DNA of 64,000 nt from an uncultured cyanobacterium (lineage in GTDB: Bacteria; Cyanobacteriota; Cyanobacteriia; Cyanobacteriales; Cyanobacteriaceae). Positions 52,932-63,178 of the stretch are shown one piece after another. The first letter of the stretch is position 1, and every line of letters starts with the position of its first letter. The translations under genes were made by a program, and so were the position numbers. The DNA is taken from positions 288,001 through 352,000 of the forward strand of contig CAVQBA010000007.1 of assembly GCA_963710605.1 (NCBI GenBank), in the 5' to 3' direction. The notes below the pieces were generated by a model that was not told the DNA's origin, did no database searches, and worked only from the letters and a program-made list of their open reading frames with translations.

Positions 52932-53335
52932 TTAAACTGTTATTAACTATGTTAAATTATTTTTTCAATAATGAAGATTATTAAATATTTTGTTCAAGAT
53001 TATTTAAATTAAAGTTAGTACAAATACTTTTCTAATCTTAGGTCGAAAAAAGAATAAGCTGATTGATAATTATTTATTTTTGAGATAAAAAAACTGATAG
53101 ATCACAATCATACTAGATAATTTATGATTTTATTGATAACTTTCTCCAAATGATAATCGACTCTTATTTAATCTTAGTAGTACAAAAACATTGAATAAGA
53201 TGAAGGTTCATTTTTAGCAAAAATAATACTTAATAGATTATAAATAACAGACAACAGCATTTAAAGTGTTTACTGCTGAATGATTAAAAGTTGAGCTTGC
53301 TTTATTTAACTCACTATTTTTGCTTGATTGGTTTT

Positions 53336-54958
53336 TTAGCTATTATTTTTTCTTTCTTGTAGTTGAAGACGAATTTGACTATGATATTCACGAGTGATGG
53401 GGTAAAAGTAAGCAAGAATCATACCCGCAACTAAAATGACAGCAGGTAAAGGGGCAACCACTAAACGAATAGCCCATAATGCACTATCTGGTTGTGTAGG
53501 TGCTAATTCTCCTGAAATAGTTTTGATAAAACCAGATGTCTCTAAAGCGATTCCGACTAAAAACAAGCCTAAAGCTAAACCAAATTTTTGTAACAACACC
53601 ATAAATCCATAAAAAAGTCCTTCTCTTCTTTTTCCTGTGTTTAATTCGTCTAAATCGATAACATCCGGTATCATAGACCAAGGAATGAGATAAGCTACAG
53701 AAACACCACAGCCAGCTAACATTGCTAATAGATAAAGTAATAATGTTTGTCCAGGCTGAACCAGAAATAAACCAATTTGAGCAAATATCCAAATAGTTGA
53801 ACCAAGGAAATAAACGATTTTTTTATCTAGTTTCTGACTAATTTTTTGCCAGACAAATAACATGACTAATGCTGTACCTTGAACTGCGATCGCTACAGTG
53901 GGAAAGGAAGATTCTGGTAGCCCCATCCAATCAACGACAAAGTAAAGTAAAATTGAAGCGGTTAATTGTACAGCTAACCAAGAGCATAAATAAATACCAA
54001 CTACATAGACGAAAGGTTTGTTTTGAAAAACTATTTTTAATTGTTGGAAAAAAGGTATATTTTCTTCGGCTGAATTTTCTAGATTATTATTTGAGTTCGA
54101 TAAATGAGGTTCTGTTTTAGCAATAATTAAACTAACTGCGATCGCACCTACTAAAATCATTACCAAAATACCCATCAATGCCCAAAATTTTTGAATCGCA
54201 TCAGTTGAAGTTAGTAAAGTAAAAAGAGAAATAACCGCCACAATTGTCGCAATACCAACCAAGACAAAACCTGTTGTTTTACGAGTTTTAGGAGTTAGTA
54301 AAGGTTGATAACCTCTTTCTTTGATAATTAAAGGACACCAAAACAAAGGAATAGTTGAAAAAATAGTAGATATAATACCTAAAACAAGATATTTTTGTTG
54401 ACCATCTTGAAAAACTTGAAAGACAAATCCGGCGAGGATTAGAGACAGAATACTAGCACCGATCGAAAAACTAAAGCGAACACTATTCAAATTTGTCCGT
54501 TCGTTATAGTCTTGAGTTAATTCGGGGGTTAGTGCTTGATATGGTAAATTAACCGCTGTGTAAAAAAGATTAAAGATAATCCCGATAACCAAATAATAAA
54601 TGAAAAGTAATGTATTATTTAATTGTGGATCTTGACTAAAAGTTGGTACTAACCATTGCAAAAAAAAGACCAACCCAAAAGGAATAGCCGAAAAAATAAT
54701 CCAAGGTAAACGTCTGCCCCATTTAGTTTTAGTCCGATCGCTAAACATACCAATTAAAGGATCATTCACCGCATCGGCAATCTTACCAATAAAAAGGATA
54801 CTACCTGCCCAACTAGGGCTTAAACCCGCCACATTAGTAAAAAAAGGCAAAAGAAAGAATACTAATAAATTAGCAGTTAAAGCAGGTCCCATATCACCTG
54901 CACCAAAAGCAAGTTTAGTAGTTAAATATAATTTTTCTGATGTTTGATTAGATTTCAT
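53336..54958 (-). CDS. MFS glycoside-pentoside-hexuronide (MelB-like) symporter
   Basis: DAVNDPLIG, KWGRRLPW, LTQDYNERT and GKRREGLFYG motifs. Confidence 0.92.
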   Translation of the reverse strand: MKSNQTSEKLYLTTKLAFGAGDMGPALTANLLVFFLLPFFTNVAGLSPSWAGSILFIGKIADAVNDPLIGMFSDRTKTKWGRRLPWIIFSAIPFGLVFFLQWLVPTFSQDPQLNNTLLFIYYLVIGIIFNLFYTAVNLPYQALTPELTQDYNERTNLNSVRFSFSIGASILSLILAGFVFQVFQDGQQKYLVLGIISTIFSTIPLFWCPLIIKERGYQPLLTPKTRKTTGFVLVGIATIVAVISLFTLLTSTDAIQKFWALMGILVMILVGAIAVSLIIAKTEPHLSNSNNNLENSAEENIPFFQQLKIVFQNKPFVYVVGIYLCSWLAVQLTASILLYFVVDWMGLPESSFPTVAIAVQGTALVMLFVWQKISQKLDKKIVYFLGSTIWIFAQIGLFLVQPGQTLLLYLLAMLAGCGVSVAYLIPWSMIPDVIDLDELNTGKRREGLFYGFMVLLQKFGLALGLFLVGIALETSGFIKTISGELAPTQPDSALWAIRLVVAPLPAVILVAGMILAYFYPITREYHSQIRLQLQERKNNS

Positions 54959-55141
54959 ATAATTTCAATTTAAAATTAAAAATAGTAACTATAACAGCGT
55001 ACAGTTAATAATAGATCCTCGATCGTTTAACTAACTTTTAAACTCAAAAATTGTCAACTATTAACTGTTAACTTTTAACTCTTAACTAAAATAAGATCTG
55101 AATTATAATAAACAAGAAAGTCAGAACAAGAAATAAAAAAA

Positions 55142-55372
55142 ATGGAAGCGTTTTCTCGTATTGCCCCAGAATGGACTCACTCTGCTGTACATGCTATGAG
55201 TTTTCATTGTCCTAACTGTGAAGCGTCTCCTCATGAAGCTAAAAAGGTATGGCTGAATCGATATGCACCTGTAACCAGTGAAGATAGAGTTCGTAAATGG
55301 CAAGAATTTTATTTGTGTGAGTGCGATCGAGCTTGGTGGGGATGGAGTAACGATCGAGTAACGATAGAGTAA
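55142..55372 (+). CDS. Small conserved cyanobacterial Cys/Trp-rich (Zn-ribbon-like) protein
   Basis: CPNC...VWLNRYAPV...RKWQEFYLCEC...WWGWS. Confidence 0.8.
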   Translation: MEAFSRIAPEWTHSAVHAMSFHCPNCEASPHEAKKVWLNRYAPVTSEDRVRKWQEFYLCECDRAWWGWSNDRVTIE

Positions 55373-55560
55373 GGAGTAAGGAGTAGGGAGTAAGGAGTAA
55401 GGAGTAAGGAGTAAGGAGTAAGGAGTAAGGAGTAAGGAGTGTCTTGGTGGACATTCCCGTCTTGGTCAGCCTTCCCTTGCGACTTGCCGTCGTCGCGGGT
55501 TCTGACCGCTTGCGTCTTACGCCGACGCGGGCTTCCACCGCAAGGAGTAATGAGTAATGG
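55367..55560. repeat. STRR array (GAGTAAG)n interrupted by a GC-rich insert
   Basis: About 10 heptamers from the upstream stop codon to 55440, resuming at 55542. Confidence 0.9.
55441..55541. mobile_element. Nested pair of 50-51-bp hairpin elements
   Basis: The inner copy (55459-55509) sits inside the outer copy (55441-55458 plus 55510-55541). Same GTCTTGGT...ACCGC ends, covarying stems, about 64% GC. Confidence 0.7.
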
Positions 55561-55700
55561 AAAAGTTGATGCTGGATAGTTGATAGTTTACATACATAAA
55601 AAGTATTAGTTCATTATTTTTCTTTAATCTAATTCCTAATTCCTAATCTCGGCTTTTTTCTATTAAGAAAGATTAAGTTCATAATTATCATCTAGTCAAT

Positions 55701-55719
55701 TATGAGAGAAATATGAAAA
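55701..55719 (+). promoter_or_regulatory. ManR-binding direct repeat upstream of mntCAB
   Basis: TATGAGAG-AAA-TATGAAAA fits the (T/A)ATGA(G/A)A(A/G)-N3-repeat consensus. Confidence 0.8.
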
Positions 55720-55728
55720 GAAAGTGAT

Positions 55729-56753
55729 ATGATAAAAAAATCAAGTTCACTTATTTTTCTATGGCGAAATCTGATTTTGAGGCGAGGCATAATCTTATTC
55801 TTTGGTATAAGCCTAGGGATGATGTTATAGGCTGTAACCAAAGACAAGTAACTTCACCAACAACTACATCAAATACAGAGGCAGAAGATAGTACAGACAA
55901 TTCTTCAGTACGGACAGAAGGTAAATTGAAAGTACTTACTACCTTTAGCGTTTTAGCAGATATTGCTCAAAATGTAGCAGGAGACAAACTTAATGTCGAA
56001 TCTATTACCCGTATTGGTGCAGAAATACATGGTTATGAACCGACACCTAGTGATATAGTCAAAGCTCAAGATGCGGATTTGATTTTATACAACGGCATGA
56101 ATTTAGAACGTTGGTTCGAGCAATTTTTAGGTAATCTAGAGGATGTTCCTTCTGTATTACTAACCGCAGGAATTGAGCCGATTGCGATCGCGCAAGGACC
56201 GTACACAGACAAACCGAATCCTCATGCTTGGATGTCTCCTCGTAATGCACTGGTGTATGTAGAAAATATTCGCCAAGCTTTTATCGAACTTGATCCAGAT
56301 AATGCTGAGACTTATAACGCTAATGCCCAAGCTTACAGCGAAAAGTTAAAAGCAATTGATACCCAGTTACAGGCAGATTTAGAACGAGTACCACAAACTC
56401 AACGTTATTTAGTTAGTTGTGAAGGTGCATTTTCTTATCTTGCTCGTGATTATAACCTCAAAGAGATTTATCTATGGCCGATTAATGCTGAACAGCAATT
56501 TACTCCTAAGCAAATACAAAGAGTAATTGAAAAAGTGAAAGCAAATAATGTGCCAACTATTTTTTGTGAAAGTACGGTTAATGATGAAGGACAAAAACAG
56601 GTTGCTAAAACCACAGGGGCAAGGTTTGGAGGAAATCTTTATGTAGATTCTCTTTCAACTGAAGAAGGAGCGGTGCCTACTTTTATCGATTTACTCGAAT
56701 ACGATGCGCGAACTATCACTAATGGTTTGCTAGCCGGGAGTAAAACTCCGTAG
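55729..56753 (+). CDS. mntC: Mn ABC transporter substrate-binding lipoprotein, with a 1-nt deletion near 55827
   Basis: GAEIHGYEPTPSD, PNPHAWMSP, CEGAFSY and YVDSL motifs. The signal peptide MIKKSSS...RRGIILFFGISLGMML from ATG 55729 joins (I)GCNQ only after a frameshift. Confidence 0.9.
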
Positions 56754-56961
56754 TGATTCATTTTAGATTGAAGTTTTGTTACCGAAAAATTTTGGCTATC
56801 TGCCTCCCCTTAAAAGAAGAAAAAAAGAGAATATTTCAGATTTCTAGCCTCTTACTTCAGCTAGAGGTACTAATAACTTATAACTGATAACTTATAACTG
56901 ACTTCAATATTTAACTAACTGCCCAAATCGACTTTTTATGTAAAACTAGGAAAAAATCATT

Positions 56962-57747
56962 ATGCAATCTGCAACTCAAGCACTCGATATCTGCGTCAAT
57001 AACCTCACTGTTACCTACAGTAACGCTAATAGGCTCGCTCTTTATAATGCTAATTGCGTTGTCGAACAGGGGACAATTACAGGTTTAATCGGTCCTAATG
57101 GTGGTGGTAAATCGACTTTGTTTAAATCGATTATGGGTTTTTTAAAACCCCGTCAAGGGCAAATTAGGGTAGGTGGTATCTCTATTGAAAAAGCTCAGAA
57201 AAAGCAGTTAATGGCTTATGTACCCCAGTCTGACGAAGTTGATTGGGATTTTCCTGTAAGTGTTTATGATGTAGTCATGATGGGGCGTTATGGCTATATG
57301 AATTTATTACGTATTCCTAGTACAAAAGATCGTCGTTTGGTAATCGAAAGCTTAGAAAGAGTTGGCATGAGTGATTTTCGTAATCATCAAATTGGTGAAC
57401 TATCTGGAGGTCAGAAAAAAAGAGCGTTTTTAGCCCGTGCTTTAGCTCAAGAAGGTAAGGTGATTTTATTGGATGAGCCTTTTACGGGGGTGGATGTGAA
57501 GACAGAAAAACGAATTATTGATTTATTGATCCAGTTGCGAGAAGAAGGGCATACTATTTTGGTCTCTACTCACGATTTAGCTTCTATTTCTACATTTTGC
57601 GATCGGACTATTTTACTCAATAAAACTATTCTTGCCTCTGGTACAACTGAAGAAACTTTCACTGAAGAAAATTTAACCATGACTTTTGGTGGTTTACCTG
57701 TAGCTAGTTTACGTCAGATGTTTAATTCGTCTGAGGTGGACGCATAA
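56962..57747 (+). CDS. mntA: Mn ABC transporter ATPase
   Basis: [37 protein letters not shown] and [10 protein letters not shown] motifs. Confidence 0.92.
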   Translation: MQSATQALDICVNNLTVTYSNANRLALYNANCVVEQGTITGLIGPNGGGKSTLFKSIMGFLKPRQGQIRVGGISIEKAQKKQLMAYVPQSDEVDWDFPVSVYDVVMMGRYGYMNLLRIPSTKDRRLVIESLERVGMSDFRNHQIGELSGGQKKRAFLARALAQEGKVILLDEPFTGVDVKTEKRIIDLLIQLREEGHTILVSTHDLASISTFCDRTILLNKTILASGTTEETFTEENLTMTFGGLPVASLRQMFNSSEVDA

Positions 57748-57978
57748 GGAGTAATGAGTAATGAGTAATGAGTAAGAAGTAAGGAGTAAGGAGTAAGGAG
57801 TAAGAAGTAAGGAGTAAGAAGTAAGGAGTAAGAAGTAACAAGTAAATTATTTTTATTCCCTATTCCCTATTCCCTAATCCCTAATCCCTATTCCCTAATC
57901 CCTAATCCCTAATCCCTAATTCCTAATTCCTATTCCCTATTCCCTAATTCCTAATTCCTAATTCCCAATTCCTAATCT
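57745..57978. repeat. Bipartite STRR array (GAGTAAG)n - spacer - (CCCTATT/CCCTAAT)n
   Basis: Starts at the mntA stop; the 44-bp junction is identical to 4826-4869. Confidence 0.9.
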
Positions 57979-58014
57979 CTTCGGTCAAAAAAAAATAATT
58001 ATCCTTTAATAAAT

Positions 58015-58033
58015 TATGAGAGAAAAATGAGTT
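58015..58033 (+). promoter_or_regulatory. Second ManR-like box overlapping the mntB start
   Basis: TATGAGAG-AAA-AATGAGTT, in a context resembling the mntC upstream region. Confidence 0.45.
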
Positions 58034-58929
58034 ATCTAGTTGCTAATATACCGCTAATAGATTGGTTGGTTGAGCCTTTACAATATGGTTTTTTAAGACA
58101 AGCGATTTGGGTAAGTGCCTTTGTTGGTTTGGTCTGTGCTGTGCTTTCTTGTTATATTACTCTCAAAGGTTGGTCATTGATGGGAGATGCGGTATCTCAT
58201 GCTGTTGTACCCGGAGTGGTGGTGGCTTATGCACTTAATATTCCTTTTGCGATCGGTGCATTTGTTTTTGGTTTTGGGGCGACGGTAGCTATCGGTTATA
58301 TCAAGTCCAAAACTCGCTTGAAAGAAGATGCGGTTATTGGTGTTGTTTTTACTGGTTTTTTTGCCTTAGGTTTGGTGATGGTGACTAAAATTCCTAGTAA
58401 TATTGATTTGTTTCATATTCTGTTTGGTAACGTTTTAGGTATTTCTCAACAGGATATTATTCAAACTTTGATAGCGGGTATGATTACTTTGGTCGTTATT
58501 TTGATTCGCCGAAAAGATTTATTACTCTTTTGTTTTGACCCAAATCATGCTCAAGCGATCGGTCTTAATACTCAGTTTATGTATTATACTTTGCTTTGTG
58601 TACTTGCTCTGACTATTGTCACTGCGTTACAAACTGCGGGGATTATTTTAGTGATTGCGATGTTGGTGACTCCCGGCTCGACTGCTTACCTCTTAACTGA
58701 TCGTTTTGATCATATGCTTTTGATTTCGATCGCTACAAGTATTTTTTCTTGTATTGGTGGAACTTATCTAAGTTATCATTTTGATGTCTCCACAGGTGGC
58801 TCGATCGTTGTTTTACTCACAGTTGTATTTATGGTAGCCATGATTTTTGCCCCTAAATACGGTGTGTTGGCTCAGAATTATTATCAGCACAAAGAGCCTG
58901 TTTTCGATCGAACTGAGAATAAATTATAA
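58027..58929 (+). CDS. mntB: Mn ABC transporter permease
   Basis: GWSLMGDAVSHAVVPG, KEDAVIG and HILFGNVLGI motifs. Confidence 0.92.
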   Translation: MSYLVANIPLIDWLVEPLQYGFLRQAIWVSAFVGLVCAVLSCYITLKGWSLMGDAVSHAVVPGVVVAYALNIPFAIGAFVFGFGATVAIGYIKSKTRLKEDAVIGVVFTGFFALGLVMVTKIPSNIDLFHILFGNVLGISQQDIIQTLIAGMITLVVILIRRKDLLLFCFDPNHAQAIGLNTQFMYYTLLCVLALTIVTALQTAGIILVIAMLVTPGSTAYLLTDRFDHMLLISIATSIFSCIGGTYLSYHFDVSTGGSIVVLLTVVFMVAMIFAPKYGVLAQNYYQHKEPVFDRTENKL

Positions 58930-58997
58930 AAAGACGATCGGCGATTGATAAATCGTATTATTGCTTGTCTTGTTATAAGTAAACTGATTGTATTACT

Positions 58998-59363
58998 ATG
59001 AAAATAAAAGCGACAAAAATAATCATTATGACAGAATTATTTAAAGCTGAATTAAGACAACCGAGAAAATACAAAACAATTGTTGCTGATTGGATGGGTC
59101 AACATTTTGGTTGGGAAAATGCTCCTAAAATTAGCGATCAGATTCAACCTCTTGGCAATAATATAATCATTTGTGAACAGAAAAATAATCTTGATGAATC
59201 AGATCATAGATTAGAAAAATTTCTGAACTTGATAGAAAAAGATATAGCTAAAAATCCTCAACACAGAAAAGCAATTACTTCTTCTACTGTAGAACGTGTG
59301 CGATCGCTTATTGGTGATATATCGGTAGATTTAGATGCACCATTAGAAGATGAGGAAGAATAA
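58998..59363 (+). CDS. PrlF/SohA-like antitoxin with divergent N-terminus
   Basis: C-terminus FLNLIEKDIAKNPQH...RVRSLIGDISVDLDAPLEDEEE is PrlF-like; followed by a YhaV-like fragment. Confidence 0.72.
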   Translation: MKIKATKIIIMTELFKAELRQPRKYKTIVADWMGQHFGWENAPKISDQIQPLGNNIIICEQKNNLDESDHRLEKFLNLIEKDIAKNPQHRKAITSSTVERVRSLIGDISVDLDAPLEDEEE

Positions 59364-59365
59364 TA

Positions 59366-59443
59366 TTGTCAGTAAAAGAGCCCTTAATTATTAACGACTG
59401 GAAAATTTATGGTCATATTTATCTAAGCTATCATTATCAGTAA
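59366..59443 (+). pseudogene. Truncated YhaV-like toxin N-terminus
   Basis: TTG-start LSVKEPLIINDWKIYGH, then unrelated sequence and a stop. Confidence 0.6.
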
Positions 59444-59992
59444 AAATCGGTACGCCAATCTTTTTAAACAATTCGATACAAGCTGTTGCAAATACATCGT
59501 CGTCCATCATCTCAACATATTATTTTCCATTGACAAAACAATAAATAAGTCCTGTATGATATTTAGATTCTTGAATAGCACAATAGTTTTCAATAGCAGT
59601 GCAAGAAGTTAAAACATCTATTATATATTGATCGGAAATTTTTTTTGCTTGTTTTAATCAGTATTTTCTACTTTTCACTTGAATACTACATCTTCTTTTT
59701 TTTATCTAATCTACCGAAATATTGAATATCCTCAAATCTTATAAATCCGTGATATAGACAATGGTATCAAATAAAATCGATCGCTCTTTGAATTTAACTG
59801 TTAAATATTCATTGTCTTGAATTCAATTATGTTACCTAATTAATGATCATTGATAATTGTTAATCTTAGTCAAATTATATTAATATGTATCAGTGAAAAC
59901 TATTTAATCGATCAAAAGACGAAACAGATATTCGCACCCATTGAATCAATAGCAATAGTAATATCTTGAAAATCACTAAAAACGTTAAATTC

Positions 59993-62900
59993 ATGAACAA
60001 TTTTAATAATGTAGAACAAATAATCGATCAATCGTTATTAACTGTTTCTAACTTATTAACACAAATTTTAGACAACGAACTTGTTCCACAAATAGTCAAA
60101 GAAGTTTTCGGTAATCAAGCAGATGTTATTGATGGACAAAATTTAATCGGTAATGTAATCACTAATAACTATCTTTCATCTAAAATAGAAATTCGTTCGG
60201 CTTCACAAATAAATAATGCTTTAGGTGCATTTTCAAGTACTACAGGTAAAATCTATCTTGCTCAAGAATTTATCGAACAAAATAAAAATGATGTTGACAA
60301 AATAACGGCAGTCATTCTAGAAGAGATTGGGCATTATCTAGATTGGAATTTAAACTTAAGTGATACAAATGGAGATGAAGGAGAAATATTTTCGGCTTTA
60401 GTTAGGGGTATCAGTTTGAGCGATAGTGATTTAAATCGTATCAAGCAAGAAAATGATCACGCTAATATTATTCTTGACGGACAAACAATTGAAATTGAGC
60501 AAGCTAGAGTTTCTCGCCCGACAGACATTCGCATTGGTAGTCTTCTAAGAGGTTATAAATGGAGTACTAACACAATAACTTATAGTTTCTTTTCAGGAGA
60601 TGATTATTACGGTAGCCAATCAGGAGTCGCTACTGTTAGTGATGGGATTAAAAATAATGTTAGACATTTTTTAGAAAATATCATTGAACCGTTAATCAAT
60701 CTCGACTTTGTCGAAGTAGCCGATTCAAACTCTGATTATGGACAAATTCGTTATCTATTATCGAATGGCCCTAATTATGCCTATGCCTATACACCTTATT
60801 CAACCACAGATAATAATCAAGGAAACCCTAACGATCGAGCAGGAGATATACATTTTAATCCAAATTATGATCATACTTCAACGACTAATGGTTTTCAAGG
60901 CGGTATCGGTACTCATGGATATACAAGTATTCTTCATGAAACACTTCATGCTTTAGGTTTAAAACACCCGGGTAATTACAACGGTGATAATAGTGGAATA
61001 GCACCTTATGTAGCTTTGGCTGAAGATAATCTAGACAATACAGTGATGACTTATAACTTTGAAGGAGCAAAGCCTGCTACTCCAATGCCGTACGATATCC
61101 TTGCTCTACAATATCTTTACGGTACTAACTCTTCATCGAATGCTAGTGATACTGTTTATAACTTTACTAGTACTTCAGGCTATTTTGATGGTGTTAATAA
61201 TAGAGGAAGTGATAATAATGACACCAAACTAAGTATCTGGGATAGTGATGGTATTGATACTTTAGATTTTTCTCGTCTCGATTTTGATGCTGATGGGTAT
61301 AGATTTGATCTTAATGAAGGAGGATGGATAACAACATCGAATGCTTTTAGAAGCGATTACTATCAAGCTAGTGGCGATTCTATGGCTAGATATTATGCGG
61401 TAACCAATTTTGGAACGAGAATTAGTTTTGGGGTTACTATTGAAAATGCGATCGGCACTTCTAGTAATGATACCTTTTTTGGTAACTCTTTAGATAATTC
61501 TTTTGTTGGTGGAGGGGGTATAGATTGGGTTATCTATAGCGGTAATCGCTCTCAATACCAAATTTCTAATCTTAATGGTATTTTTACGGTTTTAGATCTG
61601 ATTAATAATCGTCATGGTATAGATACATTAAGCGAAATTGAGCATCTTCAATTTGATAATCAAGTTGTTAATTTGATTGACTTGATCAATTTACCGACTT
61701 TATCGATCGATAATATTACAGTCATCGAAAATTTTAACCAAACAATTGAAACTGTTTTCACAGTAACTCTTTCAGAGAATACAAATCAGCAAATTAGCGT
61801 TGATTATACAACAGTAAACGGTACAGCTACCGCACCAATAGACTTTAATAATATAAATGGTACTTTAATATTTGCTCCTAACCAAACCTCAAAAACGATC
61901 GTTGTTTTAATAGAACCAGATACACTAGTAGAAGATCAAGAAAGCTTTTTTGTTAATTTAACCAACCCTCACAATGCAACTATTATTGATGCTCAAGGTG
62001 AAGGCATAATTTTGGATAACGATGATGATCTCATTTTAGAATCTTTCATCGGTGATACAACTGACAACTATCTCCAAGGTAATTCTAATGATAATAACTT
62101 AATTGGTAATGCTGGTAACGATACCTTAATCGGAAATGCGGGTAATGATACTTTAGATGGCGGTGTAGGTAATGATAGTTTAGTTGGTGGTAGTGGTGAT
62201 GATATCTACTTAGTTGATAATAAATACGATCGAGTAAAAGAAATCGCCAATCAAGGAATTGACACAATCTTTAGTAGTGTTAATAAGTATCGACTAAATA
62301 ATCATGTTGAAAATTTGACTCTTGTCGATATTAGTAAACAGGGTATAGGTAATAAATTTGATAACCTTATCATCGGTAATAATAGTAATAATCATCTAGA
62401 AGGTAGAGATGGTAATGATACGATTATTGGTGGTAGTGGCAATGATAAGATTATTGGCGGTAATGGATTAGATTCTCTTGTTGGTGGTATTGGTAATGAT
62501 ACATATTTAATTTTCACTAATAATAACGATCACGAAGTGGCACTACTCGATCTAATTGTTGAAGACAGTAACGAAGGATTTGACAAAGTTAAAACAAATC
62601 AAAATTATAGTTTACCAAAAAATATCGAGAGCTTAATCTTGACTGGTAAAGCACATATTAACGGTAATGGAAATGAGCTGAGTAATTATTTACGAGGTAA
62701 TAGTAAGAGTAATGAACTTAATGGTTTAAGCGGAAATGATACTATCAGCGGAGGAAATGGAGATGATACTTTACTTGGCTCAAGTGGTAACGATTTATTA
62801 TTAGGAGGAGGTGGAGATGATACTTTAATCGGCGGAAATGGTGATGATATCCTCAAAGGAGGAAAAGGCAATGACTATTATCATTTTAATTCTGATAGCG

Positions 62901-63175
62901 AAGGAGTAGATACTATTACCAATTTTTCAATCAATGATGATAAGATTACGATCGATTTAGATGGTTTTAGTAATGGCTTATCTTTAGGCACATTAGAAAC
63001 AAACCAATTTCGTTTAGGTGTATCCGCAACTACGGCTAGTCATCGTTTTATTTATAATCAAAATAATGGTGACTTATTCTTTGATGCCGATGGTGATGGT
63101 AATAATTCGGCAGTACAAATAGCCAGTCTAAGAAAAAGATTATCTTTAACTGAAAACCATATTATCGTTATTTAA
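59993..63175 (+). CDS. Serralysin-like (M10) metalloprotease with Calx-beta domain and RTX Ca-binding repeats
   Basis: HETLHALGLKH zinc motif, TVMTY Met-turn, Calx-beta (VDYTTVNGTATAP), many GGxGxD nonapeptides. ATG 59993 preferred to TTG 59966. Confidence 0.9.
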   Translation: MNNFNNVEQIIDQSLLTVSNLLTQILDNELVPQIVKEVFGNQADVIDGQNLIGNVITNNYLSSKIEIRSASQINNALGAFSSTTGKIYLAQEFIEQNKNDVDKITAVILEEIGHYLDWNLNLSDTNGDEGEIFSALVRGISLSDSDLNRIKQENDHANIILDGQTIEIEQARVSRPTDIRIGSLLRGYKWSTNTITYSFFSGDDYYGSQSGVATVSDGIKNNVRHFLENIIEPLINLDFVEVADSNSDYGQIRYLLSNGPNYAYAYTPYSTTDNNQGNPNDRAGDIHFNPNYDHTSTTNGFQGGIGTHGYTSILHETLHALGLKHPGNYNGDNSGIAPYVALAEDNLDNTVMTYNFEGAKPATPMPYDILALQYLYGTNSSSNASDTVYNFTSTSGYFDGVNNRGSDNNDTKLSIWDSDGIDTLDFSRLDFDADGYRFDLNEGGWITTSNAFRSDYYQASGDSMARYYAVTNFGTRISFGVTIENAIGTSSNDTFFGNSLDNSFVGGGGIDWVIYSGNRSQYQISNLNGIFTVLDLINNRHGIDTLSEIEHLQFDNQVVNLIDLINLPTLSIDNITVIENFNQTIETVFTVTLSENTNQQISVDYTTVNGTATAPIDFNNINGTLIFAPNQTSKTIVVLIEPDTLVEDQESFFVNLTNPHNATIIDAQGEGIILDNDDDLILESFIGDTTDNYLQGNSNDNNLIGNAGNDTLIGNAGNDTLDGGVGNDSLVGGSGDDIYLVDNKYDRVKEIANQGIDTIFSSVNKYRLNNHVENLTLVDISKQGIGNKFDNLIIGNNSNNHLEGRDGNDTIIGGSGNDKIIGGNGLDSLVGGIGNDTYLIFTNNNDHEVALLDLIVEDSNEGFDKVKTNQNYSLPKNIESLILTGKAHINGNGNELSNYLRGNSKSNELNGLSGNDTISGGNGDDTLLGSSGNDLLLGGGGDDTLIGGNGDDILKGGKGNDYYHFNSDSEGVDTITNFSINDDKITIDLDGFSNGLSLGTLETNQFRLGVSATTASHRFIYNQNNGDLFFDADGDGNNSAVQIASLRKRLSLTENHIIVI

Positions 63176-63178
63176 TTT

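Noticed and set aside
55239-55538. 99-aa minus-strand ORF with LLTPYS repeats
   Set aside because: Translation of the STRR array and GC-rich insert; it overlaps a real plus-strand gene.
55367-55560. CRISPR array in the tandem-repeat regions (also 4790-4912 and 57745-57978)
   Set aside because: Units are contiguous 7-mers without unique spacers, and no cas genes are present.
56845-56870. Isolated hairpins resembling IS200/IS605 ends (also near 2872-2890 and 50791-50815)
   Set aside because: Too short and degenerate to support without a search.
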